Source: a virus. From it: DNA of 64,000 nt. Location: the IMG/VR virus record IMGVR_UViG_3300028376_000003, positions 32,001 through 96,000 of that record; one strand, given 5' to 3'. The notes under the pieces are model-generated. The model was given only the letters and a program-made list of their open reading frames with translations. It ran no database searches and was not told where the DNA came from. This document shows, one piece after another, positions 42,102-53,874 of this stretch. The stretch's first letter is position 1, and each line of letters opens with the position of its first letter. A program made the position numbers and the translations under genes.

Positions 42102-42767
42102 CTATATTTTTTTAAATCTAATATTAAAATAATATTCAAAACTATATTTATCACTGTCCAATTGATTGAATGTTATCTTTAGTTCATTGCCAATCCCATT
42201 AAGGTTACTCTCAAATTTATTATACACATCTTTTACATTTGGGTTCCATGTGTTGTTTAATTTTAAACTAATACTATTATCTATCCTTCTGTGTCTTAAA
42301 AACAAATCTATTCTATCAAACTTATATCTATCTAGTACATTTGAGATAATATATGCATTAATACTATCATCAACACTGTCAAAGATAGTTCTGTTATTCT
42401 TAATACCTTCAAATGTTCTATACTTTTTTAAATTAGCGTATAAAAAATTCATAAGTATTTTCTCAATTTTTATATCTATAAACCATTTTGAATCACTTCT
42501 AGATTTGGATTTGTCCATATAAATACTATGGTTAAGTAATTTATCATCAGATGGTGAAAAAAACAAGGCTTGTGTTGATGACTCTATCGATAAGTTTAAT
42601 TGCTCTCCAATACTATTTTCGTACCAGATTATGTCATCTTCCCCAACCAATATATTGTCTTCTATCTCTAGCATTTTAGAACCGAAAAATGTACTATCTT
42701 CGTCCATATTATAAGATCCATTTATATGATTATTGTGAAATTCTGGTGTTATGTAACTTCTTCTCAT
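42102..42767 (-). CDS. putative structural protein
   Basis: In operon with giant ORFs. Confidence 0.6.
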   Translation of the reverse strand: MRRSYITPEFHNNHINGSYNMDEDSTFFGSKMLEIEDNILVGEDDIIWYENSIGEQLNLSIESSTQALFFSPSDDKLLNHSIYMDKSKSRSDSKWFIDIKIEKILMNFLYANLKKYRTFEGIKNNRTIFDSVDDSINAYIISNVLDRYKFDRIDLFLRHRRIDNSISLKLNNTWNPNVKDVYNKFESNLNGIGNELKITFNQLDSDKYSFEYYFNIRFKKI

Positions 42768-45700
42768 TATAATCTATATTTTTTTTCATTTTCTATCTTA
42801 ACACCCAAAGGTTGTCCTATATTTTGAACAGATATATCTTTTCTTCTATCTATCTTAAGCCTATCCACGTTACTAACACTTTCTATATGAAACTCTTTGT
42901 CCCATGTTGATTTAAAAATATTAAAATCTTTAAATGCATAACCATATTCATCAATCATAGGATAAATAGACTCATTATCCTTAGAGTCTCTTAATTTCAA
43001 AACAGATCCACCTCTGTTTACTTTTCTAAACTTTCTTTCTCTCATATATCCAAAATTTGTTAATGTAGTATCAAATTTGTAATTACCACCATTAAATCTT
43101 ATATTAGACTTATCGAATAAGTCTATGTCGTAAAATATAGGCATATAATAACCACTGTACCTATATATAGTATTATTCTGTATATTACTCAATCCGTTGT
43201 AATTTTTATAAACTTTTGATTCTGTTTCATTATTGGTTATGCTATATGCAAGAGGTGTCCCATTGTACCAATTTATCATGTCTACACTTCTTATACTACC
43301 ACCTTCAAGTGCTAGTCTTACTTTTATATTTGGATAGCTAAGTGGTTTATTTATTAATGAATCCGTTTTTATTTGTAACTCATCTGGTAGTTCACAAGTT
43401 AATAAATATGGTAGTCTAGTAATATTGTTATCAAAATCATAATCTCTAACAGTTCCTTGTTCATCTATAACAGTATACCTTAAATAATTAATAAATCCAT
43501 TTTTATCTGATATATTATTTATAGAATTTGATAAATTATTAGCAGTCAATACATTATATAAGTCTTTATAAATATCGTCTCTGTTAACATTGTTTATGTC
43601 TGTCAAAGTTGCATCATTTATATAAATATTTACTAATATATTTTTCCATTTTTTGTTTATGTAAACATTTATACCATTTGATAATAAGTCACTTGAATTC
43701 ACACCATTATCAGACTTAATTTTATAATAGTTATCATTTAATAAGAAAATATCATAGTTATCATCCATGTTGTTAGAAGAATCAAACGTATATAACTCTA
43801 ACCATAATATAGAAACACCAGGCTCATCACCTATGTCTGTTGTTTCGTCTTCTGATGAAATATACAACTTGTTATTATGTACAACTATGCTATTTATATC
43901 ATAAGGAAGGCTTGTGTTCCATAGTTCTGCTTGCTTCCATTTTACTGCACTATCAGAAGATAAATTAATCACCTCCCAATACTTTTTATTATCTGGTCTA
44001 TATTTATTTTCTTTTATTTTGGATCTATAGTATTTGCCTTTGAAAATAACTATGGTAGACAAATCATAACCATTCCCAGTACCTTGTGCACCAAATACAA
44101 CTCCTGGTTTCCCTAGGGGATTCCAAAAATCAACCAATGTTGAGTTAACATTAAATGTATAATAGAACCTATCTGAATTATAAACAATGTTAAGATTATT
44201 TCTTGTAACAAGTAATGGTTCAGAAATAATACTACCAAGAAATGGGGATCCATTTATAGCACCAATAGAAGACGAAGAACCACCAGGAGTATCAAATATT
44301 GGAGTATTAAGTGGTGTAAACCCACCAAATCCATATACTGGATTCCAAAATATCGTATTATCTTCAAGTGCTTCCCAGTCTGATAAATTATTATAAGGTG
44401 CAGACCTTGTACCATTCTCTAGTAAAGGATTTATTATTATGTTGTCTCTTAGTGCCTTATAAACGATATCATCGAATAAGACTATATTTCCTTCTTTATA
44501 CTCTTTATCCATTTCCCAATTTGTTATGATATCCCATACTTGACTACTATTGCCATTTGATAATAGTATAGAAAACTTATAATCTTCAAAAGAGTTTGAG
44601 TTTGTGGTATTTATAGTTTTTATTTGCTCTTGTCCATTTCTAATAACACTATCAACATCATACATTCTAAATTCCAAACCTCTGAATACTGTGGAGTTAG
44701 GTATAACATCATCACCTGCATTCATGTGGGAGTATTTTCTGACATTCCTAACTATATTTTTATTATCAAAAAACTGTTTTCTTTCAAATATATCACTGAA
44801 GTAATCTATGTCTGGATTTAAATATGTTGAACTTATAAATCGAAATTCTTTCTCAATATTATTGTTAGAGTTGAATCCTTCCACATGCAAGCTATGGTGT
44901 GTGTACATATTACTGTTAGAGTTTATTGTGTAAAAATAATCTAAGTTTCTATTTTCTCTACTTTGATTCTTCATAAATGGATTAGCCGTCCTATTATGGT
45001 CTTCAAATAGTAGAGAGTTATTTAATAAATAAGGTCTATCGTTTGCACCTATTGAATTTTGATATCCCCATCTACAATACACAGGATTAATTCTCCATAT
45101 ATCAGAAAGTTCATTATTAGTAACTTTGAAAGTTTCATAATTGGCTGTGTATTCAGAAGAAACTGGTATACTTTCTACATTATTCTTATATATAAACTCT
45201 TCATTATTTTTGGGATTATTAAGACTCAATGGATCTTCGAAATACATCTTACTTTCTTCTGTTCTAGTTATCTCATCTCTAAGTTCATATTCGTACTTGG
45301 AATAGTCAGTATCTACAATATTAGTATCGAAGTCTTTAATATCAGTAAAGTTAAGTTTGAATATACCAAAACTAAGTGGTGGTTTGTCAAATGTAACATC
45401 GGTATTCAGTCTCTTTGTCTCACCACGTACTTTATAATCAAAGAAATTATCATTTATCTCAAATGAATAGTCTGTATTTATCTTGAGAACAGAACTTGTT
45501 TTTATAATGTTATGATATACTTCCCCAATCTTTATAACCCAAACATCTGAACTATCAAAGTTATCAATAACAAATTCTTCATTATTATATGATAATATTT
45601 TATTATCTTTATCTATTATCCCATAGTTTTTATTTATACTATCTTCTTTACCACTTAAGTCAATGTCAGATACTATTTTATAATTATAAATTATTTTATC

Positions 45701-46786
45701 TTGATAAAGTTCATCCACGAATCCAACAGCTTGCACTTGTCTTATTTCATCATCTTGTTGTATTGTATACTTAGATATCAAATAATAATCACCACCATAC
45801 TCAACATAGAAAGGTGTTTCTTCAGACCAATTTTCTATAAATGGATTTTCTGGATTAGAAGCAGAAAATAATATATTCCCCTCTTTTATTATAACATCCT
45901 CCCTAATAATAGGCGTTGAGTAAGGTGATAAGCTAGAGGCTCTATCCATAGAGTCTAAATAAAATCCATAATAAGTGTTTAATGACCATTTTCTTTTAAT
46001 CGTAGAAGTTGATGGTGTGTCATCAAACAAAAAAGACATGTTTAATATATTTGGAAAAACCACACCATTGTCTTTGTAGCTATCATAAATATATTTTTCT
46101 AACTCATATATCTCCTTTTCTTCCTCAAAATAATCCCCCATAAATTTAGATTTAGAAACATATCCACCTCTTTTATAATCTATACCATTCCATTTGCTAA
46201 ACTCAGTATTTCTAAAGTCTATTTCTAATGGTGATTTTGGAAAATATTCGTTCTCAACAAAATTTTTATTCATCCATTTGCCCAATGGTGTTTCTGAGGA
46301 GAAATCATACACCTTAACTGCTTTTAATTTGTTTATGATTTCTCCTTTAAAGTTATCTTTTGCTAATATTTTCACACCAGGATTATCACATCTGAATATT
46401 ATAAAGTTAGATGGTAAACTTCTTGGATTTATATAAAGTGGTGCAAAGTATTCATACTCTTCTGAATAATTTTTATTATTTATTATATTTCTAGCACCAT
46501 AATTATAAATACTATCATATTGTGTATTTAACTCACTTGACATAGCATCAGAGTCATCTCTGTACTTAACATCAAAGGCTATTTCACTTGGTGTGTCCTT
46601 GAAGTATAATGGTAAAACTTCATCATATAAAGAATCTTCTTTTAGTTTAAAATATTTGTACCTCCCTGATGATAAAGTATCATTACTATCAATACTATCA
46701 ATACTGATACCATATTCGTTATTCACCATTATTTTAGAATTGGTAGTTAATCCAACATTTGTTCTTAGTATTGAAAAGCTTTTCAT
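42767..46786 (-). CDS. large putative structural protein with CBM5/12-like repeats
   Basis: WEMDKEYKEGNIVLFDDIVYKA, YDLSTIVIFKGKYYRS, WNTSLPYDINSIVVHNNKLY repeats. Confidence 0.65.
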   Translation of the reverse strand: MKSFSILRTNVGLTTNSKIMVNNEYGISIDSIDSNDTLSSGRYKYFKLKEDSLYDEVLPLYFKDTPSEIAFDVKYRDDSDAMSSELNTQYDSIYNYGARNIINNKNYSEEYEYFAPLYINPRSLPSNFIIFRCDNPGVKILAKDNFKGEIINKLKAVKVYDFSSETPLGKWMNKNFVENEYFPKSPLEIDFRNTEFSKWNGIDYKRGGYVSKSKFMGDYFEEEKEIYELEKYIYDSYKDNGVVFPNILNMSFLFDDTPSTSTIKRKWSLNTYYGFYLDSMDRASSLSPYSTPIIREDVIIKEGNILFSASNPENPFIENWSEETPFYVEYGGDYYLISKYTIQQDDEIRQVQAVGFVDELYQDKIIYNYKIVSDIDLSGKEDSINKNYGIIDKDNKILSYNNEEFVIDNFDSSDVWVIKIGEVYHNIIKTSSVLKINTDYSFEINDNFFDYKVRGETKRLNTDVTFDKPPLSFGIFKLNFTDIKDFDTNIVDTDYSKYEYELRDEITRTEESKMYFEDPLSLNNPKNNEEFIYKNNVESIPVSSEYTANYETFKVTNNELSDIWRINPVYCRWGYQNSIGANDRPYLLNNSLLFEDHNRTANPFMKNQSRENRNLDYFYTINSNSNMYTHHSLHVEGFNSNNNIEKEFRFISSTYLNPDIDYFSDIFERKQFFDNKNIVRNVRKYSHMNAGDDVIPNSTVFRGLEFRMYDVDSVIRNGQEQIKTINTTNSNSFEDYKFSILLSNGNSSQVWDIITNWEMDKEYKEGNIVLFDDIVYKALRDNIIINPLLENGTRSAPYNNLSDWEALEDNTIFWNPVYGFGGFTPLNTPIFDTPGGSSSSIGAINGSPFLGSIISEPLLVTRNNLNIVYNSDRFYYTFNVNSTLVDFWNPLGKPGVVFGAQGTGNGYDLSTIVIFKGKYYRSKIKENKYRPDNKKYWEVINLSSDSAVKWKQAELWNTSLPYDINSIVVHNNKLYISSEDETTDIGDEPGVSILWLELYTFDSSNNMDDNYDIFLLNDNYYKIKSDNGVNSSDLLSNGINVYINKKWKNILVNIYINDATLTDINNVNRDDIYKDLYNVLTANNLSNSINNISDKNGFINYLRYTVIDEQGTVRDYDFDNNITRLPYLLTCELPDELQIKTDSLINKPLSYPNIKVRLALEGGSIRSVDMINWYNGTPLAYSITNNETESKVYKNYNGLSNIQNNTIYRYSGYYMPIFYDIDLFDKSNIRFNGGNYKFDTTLTNFGYMRERKFRKVNRGGSVLKLRDSKDNESIYPMIDEYGYAFKDFNIFKSTWDKEFHIESVSNVDRLKIDRRKDISVQNIGQPLGVKIENEKKYRL

Positions 46787-46791
46787 TTAAA

Positions 46792-49700
46792 TTATGTTAT
46801 ATTTGAATTTATTGGTCTTGATGATTTCTTAAATATAAGTTTGTTTCTGTTCATATTAAATTTAAGAGTAAATGCAAAAGGTCTATTTTCTGATTCGTTT
46901 TCAAATAAAAATTTTACCTTTTTAATATGGCTTACTGTATTCTTTGATTTAGTTAAATCAATATATTCAAAGTTCACACCTGATTGGTTGCTATCTAAAG
47001 CATTCATCTTGAAATAAATGTTTAATGGTATAATAATATCATTTTCACCACCTGGTTTTATATTTTTAATCTTCTCAGAATTGTTTTCTTGTATAGATTC
47101 TAAATCTTTTATAACAGGATGTATAGATGTTAATAGCTTATTAGTCGAGTCTACTGATGTTGTTGTATCAATCCACTTATTTTGCTCCATCAAGGAGTTG
47201 TTATTACCATTGAATGATAATATGCTATTACCAGAATAACCTAAATTATATTCAGGTGATGATAATACATTAGTCAAAGAATTTGAATTTGATATCCTAA
47301 AATCATTACCAACATTTTCTGATAATTTAGAATTTGTATTATCTGTTATAGAATCATAATTAACACACCATATAAACTGATTATTTAATTGGCTTCTGCT
47401 CACACCAGTATTATCATTTTTTAACAATTCATCTTGCTCATTTACGAAAAATACTTGAGGTGAGTTATTCCTATAAACATTGGAATTGCTAATATAACTT
47501 TTATCTGACAATAAGCCTAGTGGGGAATCAACAGCCTTGTTTCTTATTCTGACTACGAAATCTTTTATAACATATATGTTATTTTCGTAAACTCTACCAC
47601 TAGATATATTTGTACCACTAAAAGGTTCTAGATAATCTTCACAGTCTATATTGAATGATGTTTCGCTACCATTTGAAACTACAAATTCTTGATTATTTCT
47701 TAGTATAACAGCTTCCAACACACCCCTTGACCTAGATATTCTCTCTTCTAAGCCTTTAATCTTATCTTCTAACGCTTTCAAATATTGAAATAAATCTAAC
47801 GCAACTCCATTATCATCTTTAAATCCCGACAATATCTTATTTGAATCATGGTGATATGTGTTAGAATTAAGAGATACTTGTGTTGATAAGTGATCATCTA
47901 AGCCTCTTGACTCTAGAGTGCTGTCCATTTCTTGTAAAACATCTTCCTTTAAAGCATCTTTAGATATGTTTTCTCTCTCATTTAACTCATTATTTACTTC
48001 ACTAGGAAATTCAAATGAAATAATCTCAGACCATTCAGATTCTATTGGAGATTCTGGGTATCCAACTTCTGATATTGATTTTATTCTAAACTCAACTCTT
48101 TCATTGTTTTGTATAGGTATATCTAGACTATTTATATTTGGTACATCAGGATTAGACAAATCTTCATCTTTCCATAAATATTGACCAGTTTGTGTATCAA
48201 AAATTCTTTCCCTTATATCCGTTTTTGTAGTTTTCCAATTTGAAAAACTAGCTTTTGTACCTTCTATTTTATACTGTTCTATTGGGGTCTCCTCTCCATC
48301 AACACTAACATACCTATACTGTATTCTAAACTGTATAACTTCCTGTGGGAGTGTTCCACGCTTAGATATAGCAGTTGGGAATTCCCAGAATCCTCTTAGT
48401 CTATATTTGGGTTCTGATTTGGTATCCACACTTCTAGAAATATCAATTATCTCTTTTGTGACTGTGTTTAATAACCTACTTCTAGTTTCTTTCTTAGATG
48501 TGAGGTCTTTTAATTCTAAACTAGCTTGTTTCTTTTCTGATTCAGATTTGAATCTAGTTATTTTTATCTTTTTGTTTCTATCAGAAATAGCTTTCTCTAT
48601 TTGTCTGACTTCTGATTTAAGGCTAGATTGATAGTTACTCTTTTGTTTCAATTCAGAGTTATTAGACGTATTTGTCAAGTGCTTATTCACCTGAGCAACT
48701 TTAAAATTGTTTATATCTAATATAGGAGCAACTGGTGTAGCACCTAATTTATTTGGTATTTTCTTAGAAACTAAATCCTGTAAAACCACACCATAGTCAT
48801 TAACATATTCTGTATAAAATTGCTCCATTGTCAAACCATCAGTATCATCATCTGATGACATTCTTAAATCATTAGTAAAAAACCCAGTCCCTTTGCTCCA
48901 TTTTTTAGCAACTAGATTATTATCAGTATTTATTGGTTTTAGAAAAATAACATTCCTTTCATTATATCCTATGCTTACTCTTACAGATTTGTTATATACA
49001 ACTGGTGAATATATTTTAAGTGTTCCTTTGCCAATTGCAATAGGTTCTATACCCTCAACTCTTTCGAATCTAACACGTGGATTAGAATCACTCTTTGATA
49101 TTTCTAAAACTCGATATCTAGTGGATGATTTAGTAGTATTTATAATGACATCATCATCTATAGATAGTTCAAGAACTTCATCATTATTACTCATATCTAT
49201 GTAGTTTAGTGTGTTAAGTACATACCAAAGCTTTCTATTAAGCCTATCTTCATCAGTTTTAAGTACAGTAAACTCACCATCAAAGCGTATAGTATTAGGC
49301 TCTAGTTCAAATTTTTCTTCATCAAATCTAACATTTCTTGGATTAGATACACCTGGTGTGGTTTCTGTCCATTTATTAAACTCAATAATGGTTATATCAG
49401 TCTGTCCCCTAAATGTTTGATTAAAGCTATTTAAAGCAGACTGTCCTTTTGGTGTTAGGACATCGTCATTAGTTCTTTCAAACTCTATAATATACCTTCT
49501 GACTAAGCATTTACTAACATTGTTATCTATTTTAGAAGATAGATCAAATTCCACTTGTAACATAGGATCTATCATTGAATCAAAGAACCAATTAGCCTTT
49601 GTCTTGAAATCAATAACCACACCCAAATCAGATACTGGTATTGGATCTCTGTTTAAATCAACTGTTATTATTTTTTTAAATTTGTTGCTACCACTTTGTT

Positions 49701-49956
49701 GAATCATAGATCCATTAGCATCTATGCTGTATAGTGAATTTATGTTATTATTCAACCTGTCTATCTCACCCTTTAGGGATACAAAAGAAGGCAATGTATA
49801 ATTTCTCAGGACACCCTCTTCGTCAAATATCTGGATATCAACAGATGATGATGTTGTTGTTGTCAACGTGTTTATCTTTGATAAAGTATCTACCAAATTT
49901 TTGTTGAAACTTATAACTTGATCTGCTACTTTTGGAAAGCTACTATTTATAGACAT
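46792..49956 (-). CDS. large putative structural protein with coiled coils
   Basis: 1054-aa ORF; TAATATATA upstream (49976-49984). Confidence 0.6.
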   Translation of the reverse strand: MSINSSFPKVADQVISFNKNLVDTLSKINTLTTTTSSSVDIQIFDEEGVLRNYTLPSFVSLKGEIDRLNNNINSLYSIDANGSMIQQSGSNKFKKIITVDLNRDPIPVSDLGVVIDFKTKANWFFDSMIDPMLQVEFDLSSKIDNNVSKCLVRRYIIEFERTNDDVLTPKGQSALNSFNQTFRGQTDITIIEFNKWTETTPGVSNPRNVRFDEEKFELEPNTIRFDGEFTVLKTDEDRLNRKLWYVLNTLNYIDMSNNDEVLELSIDDDVIINTTKSSTRYRVLEISKSDSNPRVRFERVEGIEPIAIGKGTLKIYSPVVYNKSVRVSIGYNERNVIFLKPINTDNNLVAKKWSKGTGFFTNDLRMSSDDDTDGLTMEQFYTEYVNDYGVVLQDLVSKKIPNKLGATPVAPILDINNFKVAQVNKHLTNTSNNSELKQKSNYQSSLKSEVRQIEKAISDRNKKIKITRFKSESEKKQASLELKDLTSKKETRSRLLNTVTKEIIDISRSVDTKSEPKYRLRGFWEFPTAISKRGTLPQEVIQFRIQYRYVSVDGEETPIEQYKIEGTKASFSNWKTTKTDIRERIFDTQTGQYLWKDEDLSNPDVPNINSLDIPIQNNERVEFRIKSISEVGYPESPIESEWSEIISFEFPSEVNNELNERENISKDALKEDVLQEMDSTLESRGLDDHLSTQVSLNSNTYHHDSNKILSGFKDDNGVALDLFQYLKALEDKIKGLEERISRSRGVLEAVILRNNQEFVVSNGSETSFNIDCEDYLEPFSGTNISSGRVYENNIYVIKDFVVRIRNKAVDSPLGLLSDKSYISNSNVYRNNSPQVFFVNEQDELLKNDNTGVSRSQLNNQFIWCVNYDSITDNTNSKLSENVGNDFRISNSNSLTNVLSSPEYNLGYSGNSILSFNGNNNSLMEQNKWIDTTTSVDSTNKLLTSIHPVIKDLESIQENNSEKIKNIKPGGENDIIIPLNIYFKMNALDSNQSGVNFEYIDLTKSKNTVSHIKKVKFLFENESENRPFAFTLKFNMNRNKLIFKKSSRPINSNIT

Positions 49957-50104
49957 ATTATAATTATATTTTATTTATATATTAAAACTATTCCATTTCA
50001 TATAATTAATGCAATGACAAAAACCTTATTAATATTTAAATATTTATATAATTCTTGTTATTGTATTAATTATTTTGCTTATATTTGTTCAAAATAAAAA
50101 AAAT

Positions 50105-51943
50105 ATGATTAGTAATCTTAAAAAAAGAATTGTAGAAGCCAATGATGCTTATCGATTAGGTGTTCCTATTATGTCGGATAAAGTATATGATGGTTTAGTT
50201 GATGAATTAAGTAAACTATCACCAAGTGATGAATTACTTACAAAGATAGGACACGCAACAGAAGATGAAAGTCGAAAGCAAAAACTTCCTATTGTAATGG
50301 CATCTATGAATAAGATAAAAACAATAGAAGATATTGACGATTGGTCTAGACTTAGGGATGTCCCCAAATCTACATTGGTTATACTAACCCCTAAATATGA
50401 TGGTCTAGCACTTTGTGTTGACGAGAGTAATGGGGATGCATACACAAGAGGGGATGGTATTGTTGGTCAAAAGTCAAACGAACACTATGACCTCATAGGA
50501 AATAAGCTTATATCTAATGAAAGTTTATTTCAATATACTTATGGTGAGGTGATGATAGCCAAAAGAGTATTCACTGATAAGTACTCGACACAGTTTGCAA
50601 ATCCACGAAATCTAGTTGCTGGATTATTAAATTCTAAAACACCTACTGATAAATTAAAAGATTGTAAATATATAAAGTATGGGATATCTAATGAATTTAG
50701 ACCACACTTTCAAAGTAAAAAGCAAGTTATAGAATTCTTAAATAAAAACCAAGAATCAAAAGTTAAATATAAAATATGTAGGATATCCGACATAACAGAG
50801 GATTTAATGATTGAGTTATTCAAAGAATGGTCTGAAGAATTTGAAATTGATGGTATTATAATAGAGGTAAATGATTTGAACCACCAAAGAGTTTTGGGTA
50901 GAGAGACTTCTTCTAAAAATCCAGTCTTTGCTAGAGCATTTAAGCATAATAGTTTTGAACAGACTGCCACAACACAAGTATTAGACATGACTTGGAATGT
51001 TTCAAAACATGGCTTAGTAAAACCTATTGTAAATATAAACCCTGTTCAACTTGATGGTGTTAAAGTATCTAATGTAACTGGTAATAATGCAAGATTTGTA
51101 AAGGAAATGGGTATAGGCATAGGTGCAGTTATAACCATTAAAAGAAGTGGTATGGTTATACCTCTTATAGTTGATGTATTAGAAAGAGTTGATTTTGAAA
51201 TACCTCTAATAGAAGGCAGCGAACTTGAATGGGATGAAAACGGGATAGAACTTATTACGAAGACTGAAACTGATGAGCAAAAAATTAAAAAAATTATAGC
51301 ATTTTTTGAAATACTAGGTACTGATAATGTATCTGATGGTACTATTAGACAACTATGGGATGCTAATTATAGAAGTATTAAAGATGTTCTAAGCCTATCA
51401 ATAGATGATTTATTACAAATTGATAGATTTGGCAAGAAAAAAGCTGAAAAAGTATATAATTCTTTTAAAAAATCAGTTACTGATGTTAGGCTTAGCAAAT
51501 TGCAACATGCCACTGGTATATTCAAAGGCTTAGGGTCTAAGAAGCTAGCACTTCTAGAACATTTTAAACATAGACCAAGTGTTGAAGAAGTTAAAGCATT
51601 AGAAGGCTTTGCAGACACTAGTGCTAATGTATATGTAGATTCGTTTGATGTGTTTTTTGAATTTATTAAAGACCTACCAGTAACTATAAGTTATGAAGAT
51701 AAGAATATTGAATCTGAAAATCTTAAAGGAAAGTCATTTGTTTTTACTGGTGTAAGAAGAAAAGATTTAAATGAAATAATCGAATCTAATGGTGGTAAGG
51801 TAAGCACATCTGTCTCTAAGAACACTACATACTTAGTAGTGAAGGAATTAGGAAGCGGTTCTTCAAAGGAGGTGAAGGCTACTAGTTTAGGAATAGAGAT
51901 TTTGAGTGTAGAGGGATTGGAAAAAATCTTAAACGAAATATAA
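50105..51943 (+). CDS. ligA: NAD-dependent DNA ligase (start moved to MISNL)
   Basis: MSD..YD, TPKYDG, TRGDG..G, NPRN, IDGII, OB, HhH, BRCT (FVFTG..GG..SVSKNT); track start 50075 lies in the promoter. Confidence 0.93.
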   Translation: MISNLKKRIVEANDAYRLGVPIMSDKVYDGLVDELSKLSPSDELLTKIGHATEDESRKQKLPIVMASMNKIKTIEDIDDWSRLRDVPKSTLVILTPKYDGLALCVDESNGDAYTRGDGIVGQKSNEHYDLIGNKLISNESLFQYTYGEVMIAKRVFTDKYSTQFANPRNLVAGLLNSKTPTDKLKDCKYIKYGISNEFRPHFQSKKQVIEFLNKNQESKVKYKICRISDITEDLMIELFKEWSEEFEIDGIIIEVNDLNHQRVLGRETSSKNPVFARAFKHNSFEQTATTQVLDMTWNVSKHGLVKPIVNINPVQLDGVKVSNVTGNNARFVKEMGIGIGAVITIKRSGMVIPLIVDVLERVDFEIPLIEGSELEWDENGIELITKTETDEQKIKKIIAFFEILGTDNVSDGTIRQLWDANYRSIKDVLSLSIDDLLQIDRFGKKKAEKVYNSFKKSVTDVRLSKLQHATGIFKGLGSKKLALLEHFKHRPSVEEVKALEGFADTSANVYVDSFDVFFEFIKDLPVTISYEDKNIESENLKGKSFVFTGVRRKDLNEIIESNGGKVSTSVSKNTTYLVVKELGSGSSKEVKATSLGIEILSVEGLEKILNEI

Positions 51944-51944
51944 T

Positions 51945-52358
51945 ATGGACATGATATCATTATTAATTGGGATAGGGATAGGGATGGGGATAATTTTTTT
52001 ATATAATTATGTTATGTCTTTTTTAAAAAAAAAGAAACTAGATCCTTATATTAACTCAAGACGTGGCATATATCAAAAAGAATTTACAATGGTTTATAGT
52101 CCTAATGATGAATATCATTTTGGTGTTGTTTTTGAAATAACAGAACTTAAGGTTGTTAAAAATAATTCAGGTACTATGATTTCTAAAATAAGAGTTGATG
52201 ATATTAATATTAACAATAGTAGAGCATCATCAAAGGAAAATATTTCTAAAATAATGGAAATGATAGATGGTTCTTGGGTAGAATCGGATGCTATAATATT
52301 TTTGGATGATGATATAAGGTTTCAACGAAGTGAAAAGCTAAAAACTGTATTAAAATAA
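51945..52358 (+). CDS. membrane-anchored hypothetical protein
   Basis: N-terminal hydrophobic helix LLIGIGIGMGIIFL; ends QRSEKLKTVLK. Confidence 0.65.
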   Translation: MDMISLLIGIGIGMGIIFLYNYVMSFLKKKKLDPYINSRRGIYQKEFTMVYSPNDEYHFGVVFEITELKVVKNNSGTMISKIRVDDININNSRASSKENISKIMEMIDGSWVESDAIIFLDDDIRFQRSEKLKTVLK

Positions 52359-52436
52359 TACTTAATATATACACAACTTATTACAAATATAATATATAAC
52401 TATTAGTGTTTAATAACTAAAAATAAAAGGCAATAA

Positions 52437-53042
52437 ATGGAAATAAAACAAGAAAGCTATTTCTCGGAAAAAGAGAAATTATTTAAAGAAAGAACTGGTA
52501 AAGATTTTACATTTCTATATAAAAAGTATTATCCTAAACTAATATACTTCACATCTAAGATATGTAATGATAGAAAAAAGGCAGAGGATATATCTACTGA
52601 CTCTTTCATAGTAGCATTTAATAAAATAGAACTTTATGATAAATCAAAGGCACAATTTTCTACATGGTTATTTACAATAGCTAAAAATTTATCTTATCAA
52701 GATGTGAAAAAAAGCAAAAAGTCTATATCACTCGATGTTGAATATGACAATGATGGTACAACAATGAAAAGCTTCATATCAAATGATGAAGATGAAGATG
52801 AGTCTAAGTATATTGTTATTAATAAAAAGGCTAAGTTAATGAAAGATTCGATATATAAGTTAAAAGAGCCTTATAGAACAGTTATTGAAATGAGAGAGAT
52901 TAGAAAGATGTCTTATAAAGACATCTCTAGTGATCTTGGTAAAAACTTGTCCACTATAAAATCACAGATTAGAAATGGTCGTATGCTTTTAATTGACATA
53001 TGTGAAAACAATTTCGATAAAATAGATAAAATGTATTCTTAA
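52437..53042 (+). CDS. ECF-type RNA polymerase sigma factor
   Basis: LYKKY, AEDI..D.F, FSTWLFTIAKN, region 4 MSYKDIS..LSTIKSQIRNGR. Confidence 0.9.
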   Translation: MEIKQESYFSEKEKLFKERTGKDFTFLYKKYYPKLIYFTSKICNDRKKAEDISTDSFIVAFNKIELYDKSKAQFSTWLFTIAKNLSYQDVKKSKKSISLDVEYDNDGTTMKSFISNDEDEDESKYIVINKKAKLMKDSIYKLKEPYRTVIEMREIRKMSYKDISSDLGKNLSTIKSQIRNGRMLLIDICENNFDKIDKMYS

Positions 53043-53055
53043 AAATAAATGAATT

Positions 53056-53376
53056 ATGGTAGCTTATATTACAGATTTAAAAGATAATACTTTTGATAAT
53101 TTTGTCAAGAAAGGGATAGTATTAATAGATTTATATGCTGATTGGTGTGCACCTTGCAAATCTTTATCACCAATAATAGATGAAATTTCTAGCGAATACC
53201 TCAACAAAATTAGAGTTGGTAAGCTAAATGTTGATAATAATAGCAAGATACCAGCACTATTAGGTATAAGGAGTATTCCTACTATACTAGTATACAAAGA
53301 TGGTGAAATAGTATCAAGAACATCAGCCGTGTTGTCTAAGAAAGATATAATCACCGAACTAGATAAGCACATATAA
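53056..53376 (+). CDS. trxA: thioredoxin
   Basis: YADWCAPCK, LNVD, IRSIPT. Confidence 0.92.
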   Translation: MVAYITDLKDNTFDNFVKKGIVLIDLYADWCAPCKSLSPIIDEISSEYLNKIRVGKLNVDNNSKIPALLGIRSIPTILVYKDGEIVSRTSAVLSKKDIITELDKHI

Positions 53377-53384
53377 ATTAAGAT

Positions 53385-53873
53385 ATGAGAGATTCAATAT
53401 CAATAGAGGAAACTACTCGTTTTATGCGTATGTCGAAAATATCCTTTATAGAGTATGATACTCATAGCATAGATGTGTTCAAATATTTAACCACAAAAGA
53501 AACACACATCAAATACATTAATGAGTTCACTAAATATGGTATTAAATCATCAATCCGCAATCTTAGAATAAAAGAGTTATTAGGTAGTGAGAACATAAAT
53601 AATAGTAAAATACCCAGAGAGAAAGATGTAGACACCTTTGTAATTCATATAAATGAAATTCATGGATATTCATATTCTTCATTTGTTAAGAGAGGCAAGG
53701 ATTTGTTAGATATATTAAGGTATGTTAGAACAAGCAAATACAACTTAATATTCACAGTTCCTTTAAATAATAATAATATCACAAGTATAGATAGAAAAAT
53801 CTTATATAGTTCTAGTTTTGGATGTAATATAGAAAATAATATAATAACTAGTGTAAAAAATAGATACGTCTAA
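53385..53873 (+). CDS. hypothetical protein
   Basis: ORF in operon; internal IRNLRIKELLG. Confidence 0.55.
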   Translation: MRDSISIEETTRFMRMSKISFIEYDTHSIDVFKYLTTKETHIKYINEFTKYGIKSSIRNLRIKELLGSENINNSKIPREKDVDTFVIHINEIHGYSYSSFVKRGKDLLDILRYVRTSKYNLIFTVPLNNNNITSIDRKILYSSSFGCNIENNIITSVKNRYV

Positions 53874-53874
53874 A